NCBI GenBank assembly: GCA_950097015.1
Contig: CATNEN010000007.1
Coordinates: forward strand, 10,478,001 to 10,542,000
Length of the DNA: 64,000 nt
Reading direction: 5' to 3'
Source: Macrostomum hystrix
Lineage: Eukaryota; Animalia; Platyhelminthes
Under the pieces are notes generated by a model. That model worked only from the letters and a program-made list of their open reading frames with translations, was not told the origin of the DNA and did not search any database. Numbering within the stretch: the stretch's first letter is position 1; each line of letters starts with the position of its first letter. The position numbers were made by a program, and so were the translations under genes. Below are positions 47,501 to 61,314 of the stretch, in pieces.

Positions 47501-50500
47501 AGAGTTTGAATCAGGGCTAAACCAGAGACTAAATCATGGCTAAACCAGCGTCTGAATCATGGCTAAACCAGAGTCTGAATCATGGCTAAACCAGCGTCTG
47601 AATCATGGCTAAACCAGAGTTTGAATCATGGCTAAACCAGAGACTAAATCATGGCTAAACCAGCGTCTGAATCATGGCTAAACCAGAGTCTGAATCATGG
47701 CTAAACCAGCGTCTGAATCATGGCTAAACCAGAGTTTGAATCATGGCTAAACCAGAGACTAAATCATGGCTAAACCAGCGTCTGAATCATGGCTAAACCA
47801 GAGTCTGAATCATGGCTAAACCAGCGTCTGAATCATGGCTAAACCAGAGTTTGAATCAGGGCTAAACTAGAGTCTGAATCATGGCTAAACCAGAGTTTGA
47901 ATCATGGCTAAACCAGAGTTTGAATCATGGCTAAACCAGAGACTAAATCATGGCTAAACCAGCGTCTGAATCATGGCTAAACCAGCGTCTGAATCATGGC
48001 TAAACCAGAGTTTGAATCATGGCTAAACCAGAGACTAAATCATGGCTACACCAGGCTTTGAATCATGGCTAAACCATCATCATCAGCATGGCTAAACCAG
48101 AGTTTGAATCATGGCTAAACCATCATCATCAGCATGGCTAAACCAGCGTCTGAATCATGGCTAAACCAGAGTTTGAATCATGGCTAAACCAGAGTTTGAA
48201 TAATGGCTACACCAGAGTTTGAATCATGGCTAAACCAGAGTCTGAATCATGGCTAAACCATCATCATCAGCATGGCTAAACCAGCGTCTGAATCATGGCT
48301 AAACCAGAGTTTGAATCATGGCTAAACCAGAGTTTGAATCATGGCTAAACCAGAGTTTGAATCATAGCCAACCAGAGTTTGAATCTTGGCTAAACCAGAG
48401 TTTCAATCATGGCTAACCCGGCGTTTGAATCATGGCTAAACCAGAGTTTGAATCATGGCAAAAACCGAGTTTCAATAATGGCTAACCCAGCGTTTGAATC
48501 ATGGCTAAACCAGAGTTTGAATCATGGCTAAACCAGAGTTTGAATCATGGCTAAACCAGAGTTTGAATCATGGCTAAACCAGAGTTTGAATCATAGCCAA
48601 CCAGAGTCTGAATCATGGCAAAACGAGAGTTTGAATCATGGCTAAACCAGAGACTAAATCATGGCTAAACCAGCGTCTGAATCATGGCTAAACCAGAGTT
48701 TGAATCATGGCTAAACCAGAGACTAAATCATGGCTAAACCAGCGTCTGAATCATGGCTAAACCAGAGTCTGAATCATGGCTAAACCAGCGTCTGAATCAT
48801 GGCTAAACCAGAGTTTGAATCAGGGCTAAACCAGAGACTAAATCATGGCTAAACCAGCGTCTGAATCATGGCTAAACCAGAGTTTGAATCATGGCTAAAC
48901 CAGAGACTAAATCATGGCTAAACCAGCGTCTGAATCATGGCTAAACCAGAGTCTGAATCATGGCTAAACCAGCGTCTGAATCATGGCTAAACCAGAGTTT
49001 GAATCATGGCTAAACCAGAGACTAAATCATGGCTAAACCAGCGTCTGAATCATGGCTAAACCAGAGTCTGAATCATGGCTAAACCAGCGTCTGAATCATG
49101 GCTAAACCAGAGTTTGAATCAGGGCTAAACTAGAGTCTGAATCATGGCTAAACCAGAGTTTGAATCATGGCTAAACCAGAGTTTGAATCATGGCTAAACC
49201 AGAGACTAAATCATGGCTAAACCAGCGTCTGAATCATGGCTAAACCAGCGTCTGAATCATGGCTAAACCAGAGTTTGAATCATGGCTAAACCAGAGACTA
49301 AATCATGGCTACACCAGGCTTTGAATCATGGCTAAACCATCATCATCAGCATGGCTAAACCAGAGTTTGAATCATGGCTAAACCATCATCATCAGCATGG
49401 CTAAACCAGCGTCTGAATCATGGCTAAACCAGAGTTTGAATCATGGCTAAACCAGAGTTTGAATAATGGCTACACCAGAGTTTGAATCATGGCTAAACCA
49501 GAGTCTGAATCATGGCTAAACCATCATCATCAGCATGGCTAAACCAGCGTCTGAATCATGGCTAAACCAGAGTTTGAATCATGGCTAAACCAGAGTTTGA
49601 ATCATGGCTAAACCAGAGTTTGAATCATAGCCAACCAGAGTTTGAATCTTGGCTAAACCAGAGTTTCAATCATGGCTAACCCGGCGTTTGAATCATGGCT
49701 AAACCAGAGTTTGAATCATGGCAAAAACCGAGTTTCAATAATGGCTAACCCAGCGTTTGAATCATGGCTAAACCAGAGTTTGAATCATGGCTAAACCAGA
49801 GTTTGAATCATGGCTAAACCAGAGTTTGAATCATGGCTAAACCAGAGTTTGAATCATAGCCAACCAGAGTCTGAATCATGGCAAAACGAGAGTTTGAATC
49901 ATGGCTAAACCAGAGACTAAATCATGGCTAAACCAGCGTCTGAATCATGGCTAAACCAGAGTTTGAATCATGGCTAAACCAGAGACTAAATCATGGCTAA
50001 ACCAGCGTCTGAATCATGGCTAAACCAGAGTCTGAATCATGGCTAAACCAGCGTCTGAATCATGGCTAAACCAGAGTTTGAATCAGGGCTAAACCAGAGA
50101 CTAAATCATGGCTAAACCAGCGTCTGAATCATGGCTAAACCAGAGTTTGAATCATGGCTAAACCAGAGACTAAGTCATGGCTAAACCAGCGTCTGAATCA
50201 TGGCTAAACCAGAGTCTGAATCATGGCTAAACCAGCGTCTGAATCATGGCTAAACCAGAGTTTGAATCATGGCTAAACCAGAGACTAAATCATGGCTAAA
50301 CCATCATCATCAGCATGGCTAAACCAGAGTTTGAATCATGGCTAAACCATCATCATCAGCATGGCTAAACCAGCGTCTGAATCATGGCTAAACCAGAGTT
50401 TGAATCATGGCTAAACCAGAGTTTGAATAATGGCTACACCAGAGTTTGAATCATGGCTAAACCAGAGTCTGAATCATGGCTAAACCATCATCATCAGCAT

Positions 50501-52145
50501 GGCTAAACCAGCGTCTGAATCATGGCTAAACCAGAGTTTGAATCATGGCTAAACCAGAGTTTGAATCATGGCTAAACCAGAGTTTGAATCATAGCCAACC
50601 AGAGTTTGAATCTTGGCTAAACCAGAGTTTCAATCATGGCTAACCCGGCGTTTGAATCATGGCTAAACCAGAGTTTGAATCATGGCAAAAACCGAGTTTC
50701 AATAATGGCTAACCCAGCGTTTGAATCATGGCTAAACCAGAGTTTGAATCATGGCTAAACCAGAGTTTGAATCATGGCTAAACCAGAGTTTGAATCATGG
50801 CTAAACCAGAGTTTGAATCATAGCCAACCAGAGTCTGAATCATGGCAAAACGAGAGTTTGAATCATGGCTAAACCAGAGACTAAATCATGGCTAAACCAG
50901 CGTCTGAATCATGGCTAAACCAGAGTTTGAATCATGGCTAAACCAGAGACTAAATCATGGCTAAACCAGCGTCTGAATCATGGCTAAACCAGAGTCTGAA
51001 TCATGGCTAAACCAGCGTCTGAATCATGGCTAAACCAGAGTTTGAATCAGGGCTAAACCAGAGACTAAATCATGGCTAAACCAGCGTCTGAATCATGGCT
51101 AAACCAGAGTTTGAATCATGGCTAAACCAGAGACTAAGTCATGGCTAAACCAGCGTCTGAATCATGGCTAAACCAGAGTCTGAATCATGGCTAAACCAGC
51201 GTCTGAATCATGGCTAAACCAGAGTTTGAATCATGGCTAAACCAGAGACTAAATCATGGCTAAACCAGCGTCTGAATCATGGCTAAACCAGAGTCTGAAT
51301 CATGGCTAAACCAGCGTCTGAATCATGGCTAAACCAGAGTTTGAATCAGGGCTAAACTAGAGTCTGAATCATGGCTAAACCAGAGTTTGAATCATGGCTA
51401 AACCAGAGTTTGAATCATGGCTAAACCAGAGACTAAATCATGGCTAAACCAGCGTCTGAATCATGGCTAAACCAGCGTCTGAATCATGGCTAAACCAGAG
51501 TTTGAATCATGGCTAAACCAGAGACTAAATCATGGCTACACCAGGCTTTGAATCATGGCTAAACCATCATCATCAGCATGGCTAAACCAGCGTCTGAATC
51601 ATGGCTAAACCAGAGTTTGAATCATGGCTAAACCAGAGTTTGAATAATGGCTACACCAGAGTTTGAATCATGGCTAAACCAGAGTCTGAATCATGGCTAA
51701 ACCATCATCATCAGCATGGCTAAACCAGCGTCTGAATCATGGCTAAACCAGAGTTTGAATCATGGCTAAACCAGAGTTTGAATCATGGCTAAACCAGAGT
51801 TTGAATCATAGCCAACCAGAGTTTGAATCTTGGCTAAACCAGAGTTTCAATCATGGCTAACCCGGCGTTTGAATCATGGCTAAACCAGAGTTTGAATCAT
51901 GGCAAAAACCGAGTTTCAATAATGGCTAACCCAGCGTTTGAATCATGGCTAAACCAGAGTTTGAATCATGGCTAAACCAGAGTTTGAATCATGGCTAAAC
52001 CAGAGTTTGAATCATGGCTAAACCAGAGTTTGAATCATAGCCAACCAGAGTCTGAATCATGGCAAAACGAGAGTTTGAATCATAGCCCACCAGGGTTTAA
52101 AACATGTCGAAACCTGAGTTTGAATCTTGGCTAACCCAGCGTTTG
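44560..52145. repeat. 23-bp satellite, ~330 monomers, with higher-order structure
   Basis: Unit ATCATGGCTAAACCAGAGTTTGA. A landmark variant block starts at 47052, 48361, 49624, 50588 and 51805. Confidence 0.98.
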
Positions 52146-52154
52146 AAAAATCAA

Positions 52155-53143
52155 CGTCAACTGGGGAGTCATCATCAAAATGGGGATCATGGTGAACTGG
52201 GGGATAATCGTCAACTGGGGGATCATGGTAAACTGGGGGATAATTGTCAACTGGGGGATCATTGTCAACTGGGGGATCATTGTCAACTGGGGGATCATTG
52301 TCAACTGGGGGATCATTGTCAACTGGGGGATCATTGTCAACTGGGGGATCATTGTCAACTGGGGGTTCATTGTCAACTGGGGGATCATTGTCAACGGGGG
52401 GATCATTGTCAACTGGGGGATCATTGTCAACTGGGGGTTCATTGTCAACTGGGGGTTCATTGTCAACTGGGGGTTAATTGTCAACTGTGGGATCATTGTC
52501 AACGGGCGGGATCATTGTCAACTGGGGGATCATTGTCAACTGGGGGATCGTTGTCAACTGGGGTTCATTGTCAACTGGGGGATCATAGTCAACTGGGGGA
52601 TCATTGTCAACTGGGGGATCATCATCAACTGGCGGATCATTGTCAACTGGGGGTTCATTGTCAACTGTGGGATCATTGTCAACGGGCGGGATCATTGTCA
52701 ACTGGGGAATCATTGTCAACTGGGGGATCATTGTCAACTGGGGGATCATTGTCAACTGGGTGATCATCATCAACTGGGGGATCATTGTCAACTGGGGGAA
52801 CATTGTCAACTGGAGGAACATTGTTAACTGGGGATCATCATCAATGGGGAGTCATCATCAACTGGGGGATCATTGTGAACTGGGGGATCTTTGTTAACTG
52901 GGGGATCATTGTCAACTGGGGGATCATTGTCAACTGGGGGATCATTGTCAACTGGGGGATCATTGTCAACTGGGGGATCATTGTCAACTGGGGGATCATT
53001 GTCAACTGGGGGATCATTGTCAACTGGGGGATCATTGTCAACTGGGGGTTCATTGTGAACTGGGGGATCTTTGTCAACTGGGGGATCATTGTCGACTGCG
53101 GGATCATTGCTAACTGGGGGATCATTGTCAACTGGGGGATCAA
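52155..53143. repeat. 18-bp minisatellite (~55 copies)
   Basis: Unit GTCAACTGGGGGATCATT. Confidence 0.96.
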
Positions 53144-53239
53144 TGTAGAATTAAAAAGCTGTAAATTCAGCTGCTAAAAAGTATATAATAGACGAATTAA
53201 AAATATTTCTGCTCCCCGAAGGGGGGCAAAACTTGCTAG

Positions 53240-54770
53240 TACTATACTAAATCTCTATTTGTTGTTTATTCGTACAAATTAACGCTACAGAAAAACAATG
53301 GCTAGACCATTTTATCCTGTTTTGACCAAAAAGTGCCGATTCATCCAAGGATTAGACTGGTCAAATGACTCAAATTTCATCATTCTGTCTCAATGCTAAG
53401 GGTATTAAAAATTCGAAAAACTAGTTTTCCTATTGTTTTCAATACGAGTCCAAACAAGGTTTAATTCTTGGCTAACTGCAGAATGCTTATTCAATAATGG
53501 TTGCATCTTTTTAAATGATTGCACCATGAATGATAGCAATTAGAAGGCTAGACCAAGCCGGCAACCGTGTGAATTTGTGAATTGACTTTGATATCTATTA
53601 AAATCTGCAGAGTGCGTTGGCGAATTGAAGTGTAAATTGTGTCACTTTTCTGCCTGCACCTGTGTGAATCTGAGTGTCACTTTTCTGCCTGGCTGGCTGA
53701 CTGATTAATTGATTGGTTTATGGAAATAAGTTTTGTCTCAGCGGAGGGTGCAGAGAGAGGGCTAGCTGTGTACATGTTACTATTGCAAAAACACCTAAGC
53801 TATAGGTGGTGCAGCAAGGCCAACTGAATTGATGGTTGGGCGTGTCCTCGCTTAAATATATTGAGGGTCAACGTACGTACTCTTATAAATGCAATATTTC
53901 TGCATTCTATATAGTCTCTTCAATTTTCATTGCAATTCAATTTACTTTCTTTGTCAATAACATGGTTATATAAGCGTGGTATGAAAAGTGCCTTGCAAAA
54001 TAGTCGAGAGGCGAAGCGACGTCGCCGAGAAGAAACTGCTGAAGCACGAGAGCATCGCCTGGAAGACAGTCGGGAGCGTTCTGCTCAGCGTAGGGCTGCC
54101 GAGTCGGCAGAGGAGCGAGAAGTGCGTCTGCAAGACGGTCCGGAGCGTTCGAGGTGGAGGCCTGAATTATCAAGGGAAAGCATGAATTATCAAGGAAAAA
54201 GCATGGGATATCGAGGGATATGCTTGAATTATCGAGGGAGAAGCATGAATTATCTAGGTGGAATTAAGCCTGAATTATCAAACGATAGCATGAGCATGAG
54301 GGAGCATCGATTATCGATGGAGGGCATGAATTATCGATGGGGAGCATGAATAATTTTGGGAAATCAAAATTACCGAGTGGGAATCATAATTTTTTAGGGG
54401 AAAGCATGAATTATTAAGGGAAAAGAATGAATTATTGATGAAAAAGCATGAATTATCGAGGGGAAACGTTATTTATCGAAATGGGTTAGAATGTATTAAT
54501 CAAGGGGGTAGCATGATATATTGAGACTTAAGCATTTTTTAAAGCGATTTTACAACGGTTAGCATGATTAATTAAGGGTGTAGCATATTACGGGCAGCAT
54601 CAGTTATCGAGGAAACAACAGTTATTAGCGAGGGAACTTCATCAAATGTTGAGAGTCGCACGATAGATTGTGGGATTAGCATAAATTATCGAGGGATTAG
54701 CATGCTTTGTCGAGGGATAGCATGATATATCAAAGGGGTAGCATGATTTATCGAAGAGATATCTAGTAAA
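53240..54770 (+). mobile_element. Second, related Helitron-like element in tandem (3' end unclear)
   Basis: Starts TACTATACTAAA right after CTAG. ATGCTAAGGGTATTAAAAATTCGAAAAAC (~53393) is homologous to TTGCTAAGGGGATTAAATATTCGAAAAAC (~44106). Contains an R/E-rich ORF remnant (KRRRREETAEAREHRLEDSRER, ~53981-54150) of the kind seen at RepHel N-termini, then decayed ~21-bp GCATGAATTATCGAGGG repeats. Confidence 0.55.
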
Positions 54771-55503
54771 GATGAGCAGAGTAGTGAAGTTTAATATTTC
54801 GATTTTTTTTTCTTCTTAGGGCTTTAAAGCTAAGCGAATATTTCAACGCTGATCACTTTGCCAGAAAATTACCCCAGGTTTTTTCAATTTCATCAATACA
54901 AAATGATTTAGGCAAAAAAACCGGAAACATGACGAACAGCTTTTATACTCGGTTTAAGCCTGATCATTGGAACCGATTCGGAGCAGTAGCCCGGATCAGC
55001 AGACAAATTCCGGTGACCTAAAAAGTGAACTGTCCGAACTGATCAAGCCGAGATCTAAGTTGATTTCCGGGCGACTTTTTCGAATCAAGGAGAGATCCCA
55101 GTACTTCGTATTTCTGAGCGCACGTCCGGTAAGGGACATCAAGGAGTACCAAAATGTTGCTTTAAACAGGATCCTTGGCCAATGGGAGCATTTGGAACTA
55201 TGCCACAGCACTCATCTATAAGTACCCAGCTGCAATATCAGAGAAAAAAGCATTATTATATTAATACTAGCTTTTTTTGCCCGTTGTTTTTGGGGCAGAA
55301 ATTTAAAGCAAAGCAGTAAGCAATTCACGTCTCTGTATTAACTTTATAGTGAAGGTCACCATTTATTTATTTACTGCATTAATGAAAAGTGAAGAGTTTG
55401 TTTAAGGGCGTTTTAAGTAAAAAATAAGTGAAAAGTTTGTCCAAACAGCCCCCTCTTGATTACTTCTTTAGAAACATGTCTCTTAGCCACTCCTCTATAC
55501 AGT

Positions 55504-55777
55504 CAGTGGCAGATCCAGGAATTTTGTTTTGGGGCGGTCTGTCAGGGGAGCGCCATGAGAATCACAGAGGGGGTGCCAGCGGCCGAAAAAGGGCGCCAGG
55601 AGCCAAGAAAGGGCGCCAGCGGCTGAAAAACGGGAGCCAGCGGCTGAAAAAGGGGCGCCAGCGGCCGAAAAGGGGCGCCAGTGCTGCGACTGGCGCCCCT
55701 GGTGGGGGCATCTTATTCCCATGATTAAAATTTAGGGGGGGCGACTGCCCCCCCGCCCCCCCCTAAATCTGTCTCTG
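55504..55777. mobile_element. hAT-type MITE nested in the Helitron
   Basis: 8-bp TSD TATACAGT at 55496-55503 and 55778-55785. Imperfect TIRs CAGTGGCAGATCCAGG / CCTAAATCTGTCTCTG. Internal GGCGCCAGCGGCTGAAAAA repeats. Confidence 0.85.
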
Positions 55778-55929
55778 TATACAGTATGCATGTACACGCG
55801 TATACATAAGGAAAATAGCCATGGCATAACAATAACAATGTCAAAGAAACAAAACTAAACTGTTTCAGAGTTCAGAGTTAGACAGGTCAAGGTCAATTCG
55901 TGACTACTTTTCTATTAATTGCTTGCGAG

Positions 55930-56895
55930 TCACCTCAAGGCCTGGGGATACACCACATTCTTCGTTCTTCCCCTTGGTGCGAAAATGAATAGGCCAGCTG
56001 GAGTTCCAACACGGGAGCAGGCGACATAAAGCTGCCCATGCGAGAAGCAAGGAGTCTCCAGGTTGATGCCAGCCACCTTCAGCGACTGTCCCTGAGCCTT
56101 GTTAATAGTCATCGCAAAGCACACTCTCACAGGGAACTGCAGTCGCTTGAACTGAAATGGCAGGTCCGTGGGGATAATTGGAATCCGGGGAACGAACACA
56201 GACTCTCCTCTGCCAGATCCAGTCATTATCGTGGCCTCAATCACGTGTGGGAAGAGCCGCCTGACTATCAGTCTGGTGCCGTTACACAGCCTTGGCGCAT
56301 TCAGGTTGCGGAGGAGCATAATTGGTGCCCCAACTTTCAGCTGCAAGTTGTGCGATGGAGTTCCAGGAGGATCTAGAGAGTTCAGAAACTCAACAGGATA
56401 CTCCACAGCGGTGTCATCAGTCAACGTTGTATCAATTGACTTGTAGGTGAAAACTGCACCTGGCAACTCCTGAAGCAGTTGGTAGTTAATTTCGTTGGCG
56501 GCATCATTTCTAGGACACAGAATTGCCCTCTCTGACAGCCAGTCAACGTCAGCATATCGAACCATCAGGTTCGGGTAAACTTTTGCCTTGAGCTCCTGCA
56601 CTGACTGCACAATGGTTCCGATTGTAGCGATCGATGACTGCCCATCCTCGGTGCTAATCTCCAGCAGACCATTGCCGATTCGCAATAGATTGGCAGAGAA
56701 CTCATGAGTTGTTTCGTCTCCTTGAATTGTAGCTCTCATGTTTGTTCGTAGGTGCAACTTCACAACCGATGGCCACAGGTGAGATGATTATAGGCAAGCA
56801 TTAATCTCATCAGCAGGAGTGCCACGCGGAATCACAGGCAGCGTCTGTCTAAAGTCTCCAGACAGCAGCAGAGTGACACCACCCATCAGTTGATC
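55930..56895 (-). pseudogene. Helitron Pif1-family helicase fragment with an in-frame stop
   Basis: GGVTLLLSGDFRQTLPV...NACL*SSHLW...LRTNMR...RAILCPRN...LKVGAPIMLLRNL...LCNGTRL...RLQFPVRVCFAMTINKAQGQSL...FSHGQLYVACSRV. TAA at 56788-56790. Motifs I/II and the Rep domain are missing. Confidence 0.92.
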
Positions 56896-59800
56896 GCCAG
56901 CCTCTCTCTTTCTTCTATCCCAGGCTGGCTGGAGAGAAATATCGACCGGAGAGCCCTGCACACTGGGACGCCACCGCACTCACCACACTCAGTCTCAGTG
57001 CTGCTTGGGGGCCAGTAGACAGTCTAGGGGTTTGGGCTGTGTACATTCACGGCTTGAAATACAATGTACAGTCTGGGGCTTCGGCGCCCGGGGAAGGGAG
57101 GGGGTGGCTGTAATAAAATTTGGCCCGCAGAGTGGCGGAGGGGAGTTGGGGTGGCTGTCCTCGGAAAACAAAAAGTGACTCACTTTGAGATGATGCAGCT
57201 TTGCTCTGGATTGAGTAGAGATGTTCAAAATTGACAGCATTGTTGGAAAACATGTAAAGTGTAAGTGGATCAAATTTGGAGAAAATCTGACAAAGTGGGG
57301 CGACGATATGTCGAATTGAGTGATTTTTTGACGATTTTTGAGCAGTTTTTTGCACTTTTGAGCAGGAAGGAAATGATTTTTCGGGAATTTGAGTAGCCTA
57401 TTGCACTCAGCGTAGGTGGTTTTAGGTATGTGCAAAGTTTGGTGCGATTTGGTTGAGCGGTTTCGGCGTCTATAAAGACAAAAGGTTGCACACAGACAGA
57501 CAGACAGACAGAGTTTTCACTTTTATATATATAGATTACTTATTAATATTACTATGATCAGTGACTACCACCACATACTACTAAGAGTCAAACCCGAGTA
57601 CGCAATAGATGTGCAACACTTTGCATTTATTCTATGAACCCAATACCTGTGAGGAGGGTGGGCACATCCTCACATGATAAATTCTATCCGTGTTTGCGAT
57701 AGACGCAGGAGGAATTAGCGCTGACCAAGCAGATGCAAGGTATTGCCTGACAGCAGCACAGCACAAGTACTGCAGGTGTCAGTTTCCACTGGCCTTTCTG
57801 TCCAAGCTGCGCTCATCGTAGGCTCCCCAAAATAATTAATGGCAGATCGACTTACGTGACCGCGGGATCCCGGATCTGGGTTATTCCGAAACGGTCTTCG
57901 TACAGAATTTGAATCTTAAGGATTAGCCTCGACTCATCGGCCCATCCGCCAGCTTCGCACCCGGCAAATGAATCAGCTTTTTCTGCCAATGCGGCAGGCT
58001 CATGTGTATCACAATAGCCCCGAACAAGCTAGCAGACTTCTGCAACAAGTGCCGCTCATCGCTGCACTCATGTCACACTTCACATACCCAAAATATTTAA
58101 AACTTGCGAAGGCCAGCGGCTCTACATGCTAGGCAAATAAAAAAATAAGCTCCTTCGCCAGCTGCTCTGCCACAAGTTCTAACATTTTTGAGAGACAAGT
58201 AATGCAGCAGAGATCTTACTGCTTTTGATCAATTTAGATTAAGTTTATTTCTCCTCATGGATCTCAAAGGTAACATAAATCAGCGGAGAGTTGAGGACAA
58301 AAATGTCAGTAACTGAATACGCTTCAATAAACCCAAGGGACTCGCGCATTCGAATGGACCACCTCCGACCTCGGATGCGTTGCTTCGGTTTCTATGGCAA
58401 CAAGCCGGCCACAAAGCCGCGCAGCAGCTCGCGATCGTCGTCGCACAGGCGGCCGTCGTGGGCGGCTTTCTGCAATGCGCCAGTCGGTGTTGGAGCAAAT
58501 TCAGGTACTGGCCTGTCACGTGACAACTGCAGATTACCCGCCCGGACCACGCAGAACGCATACCCAATCTCAGCTCCCCAAGAAGTCAATTTTCAGCCTC
58601 TTCAATCTAGCACGCAAACTTTCTAAGACCTACTGAGACACCAAAACATACTTTTGAGAGAGCTGGGCTACCTACTGGGTAAATTTGCCCTTTAGTGTTC
58701 GTCAAGAGAGGCTGCAGTGCTGATTGCTTTACAGTCTAGGCCAAGTCAGCTTACCGCAACGGCTCCGAGCACCTGAGCGACCGCGGGGTCGATCACGCAG
58801 GTGTCCGGCTCCGAGGAATGCTTCTTCAGGCGGAAGAAGTGGTAGCCCTTCTTCAGCCGGAAGATCTGGTGGCCCGAGTGGCCTTCCGAGCCAACTTCCG
58901 CTGAAACATTGTTGGTGGGCGGGTTATCTTAAAAATCCCATCTCATCACATCGCAGAAGCCGAAGTGGTAGCGCTACTCACTCTGAGCTCGGACGGTTGC
59001 CGAGTCCAGGCAGACGAGGCAGACAGCGGCAAACAGCAGAGCCTGCAGAATTCCGTTCATTGTCTCTGTCGGGAGCTTCTTTGGTTTGGAGTGCTTTCTG
59101 AAATTGAAACGCAGACTTTCTCACATTTAAAACGACACCCAAAATTAGCCGCAAACATGCGTACTCAAACACCTGCTTAGGTAGGGAATATTTCCCAGAA
59201 AAGGAAAACTTGCGAAGATGAGGCGTCAGTCACCAGGAAGTCTTAGCGAGTTCCCATAGATGTCTTGGGCTCCCATCGGAGTCCTGACTGACATTGCAAG
59301 CTGTGGCAAGACAATAGTTTGAAGATATTTACTGAGGCCCGCAGCGTCTTGAGAGCTCTGGAAAATTTCGCTCAGAGCAGACAGCAGATATCCACCAGAT
59401 TGAGCAATGGGCGAGCAGATCTACTTAAAATTGGTCATTAAAACTGGGGAAATAACTTGCCTGTTCTAGCCCCTGATTCCGGTGTCGCAGTTGGAATGCG
59501 AATTTCCCGAAGAGAAATCGTCGGGAGCTAAATAGAGAAAAGCGGCACGCAGGGTCAAGGGGAATATTTAATACCCAAAGCGACCTTGTCGACTTCGACC
59601 TGCCTGGCCTCGACCTCGACTCGTGGATCAATAAATGGAGAAGATGGCGCTGTCTGTGAACTATCGCTTGCTCGCATCTCGCATCGCCAGCACCTCACTG
59701 CTCCACTACTCAGCTTATAGCAGCGGCACCGGCCTGGGACCAAGTCCAGCCTCCCACCCTATATGCCGGTCTTGTCCGCTCGGATGCCCGGGCGCTGACT

Positions 59801-61300
59801 TATTCTCTGTGAAGTCGAGGCCCTAATCTCTCATCCCAAAATTGGCTTCTGGATGGGATCAGAAAAGCAGCTTTTGTTAATAATAGATCCAGGTGGCAAG
59901 CCGGGTCCCCTGGGCTTATCGTTGTCTGAGCAGGCAGTGAAAGGCGCCAATGAGCTAATTCAAAGCTGCGAGCTTGACAGATTAACGGGATTAGCTCCAG
60001 AAAGAATCGGATTAGCGCTAATCCGCTTGTTAAAGCGTACATGACGCAAAAAGATAATGGGATTAGCATCGGGGCCAGAAAATCGGGAATCCGGATCGGT
60101 GAAAGCTTCACCGCCGCATGCCAGCGCCTCACGCCCCGCAGCCAGGTGGCGCCACTGCCCAGCGGTGTGCAATGCTTCTATGGTACCTGAGTCTTGTTCC
60201 ACACCTGTTCTGGCAGCTTTTCTTAATTGGCCATTAAAATTGTCGACTATGCATTGTCTGAGCCAACAGGTTGGGCAGTTTCCGTGATGTCGCACCGCTC
60301 CAGTCCTGCTCTGATAGAGCTGTTAAACAAAAAACTCACCTGGTGGATTTGTTGCTGTCGGACTGGGCCGAGGCACTGACAATGACTTCTGGCTGAGCTG
60401 GTTTCTCAGGGCTGAGCGATCCTGGATGTGTGCGAGGGGAGCCTCCGAGAACGCGGCGGACCTCCGGCTTTATGCAGCAGCTGCCGCAGGCCGCCATTGG
60501 CTGGGCGGCCGTCCCAGCCCCCCCCTCCGCCAGGGAACCGGCAGTAGGTGACTTCCCGCCTCCTCAACCCGATCCTCCGTCGTCTTTGAATGGCAAGTTA
60601 CGATGCCCCAAGCAGCTTCAGAGTCTGGCCCACTAGCAATTCCCTTTCTCTGCTCCCCTTGGCCCTTTCACTTGAAAGCTGCATTCTTCCCAGGTGGGGA
60701 GTGCCAAGGCGAAGCTCTTGCGTCAGAGTGAAGCCTGCGGGCCCGTGAAAACAACGCAGCCTTTTCACATTCTCGCGCGACCCAACGGGGAATAAGCGGC
60801 CGAGCCAGTCGGGGAAGACAGTCTGGGAGCAGCGATGACTTTTCAGCTGAGCCTTCTGCCCCCGCCTTATCGGCAGCTGCAGTGCCAGTGCCAATATCCG
60901 GCACAGGAACGGGCGGGCGGGTCGTGGGAACACGGGAAGCCGGCAGGTGTGGTTCCGAGGCTGCCTGTCTGAGCTAGGGATCTGCGAGAGAAAACTTTCT
61001 TCAGCGAGTCTGTTCTCCCTGGGGGCGGCCCCAGGCAGTGAGCTGGCTGGCCTTTGAACTGATGTCTCGCATTGTCAGCTCGCAGGCAAAGAATTTCAGG
61101 CAGGACTCCAGGACTGGGAGGGAGGAGGGCAAACACCGGGCCCGCGCATCTTGGCGGGCTCGGCGGAATCGGCCGCGACTTCCGCGAAATCGCCGGATCA
61201 ATTCGGCGTCACGCGCTGTTTGGCCTGACCCGCGCGCCGCTCATTCAAATCGAAATCTTATTCCGCCTCTGCCGCTGGGTGCTATTTGCGTTCCTTGCTG

Positions 61301-61314
61301 GTTGTCATGGCAAC
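61301..61314. promoter_or_regulatory. Candidate RFX X-box, target gene not identified
   Basis: GTTGTCATGGCAAC, one mismatch from the palindromic consensus, in a GC-rich promoter-like stretch. Confidence 0.4.

Larger units (their letters stand above)
43957..53239 (+). mobile_element. Putative non-autonomous Helitron enclosing two tandem arrays
   Basis: 5' TCTAATATACTAAAAATGAA...AACGGCTCAACCGATTTTCACCA resembles the clear Helitron 5' end at 57535 (minus strand). 3' hairpin GCTCCCCGAAGGGGGGC is followed 8 nt later by CTAG|T (53236-53240). The exact 5' boundary is uncertain. Confidence 0.65.
55267..57535 (-). mobile_element. Internally deleted Helitron carrying the C-terminal Pif1 helicase region
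   Basis: Minus strand: A|TCTATATATATAAAAG...(TCTG)n at the 5' end; 3' hairpin GCCC...GGGC then CTAG|T; A-T target site, no TSD. Confidence 0.88.

Noticed and set aside
44560-52145. CRISPR-like look: constant CATGGCTAAACCA alternating with a variable 10-mer
   Set aside because: The variable parts are a few recurring variants, not unique spacers. There are no cas genes and the context is eukaryotic.
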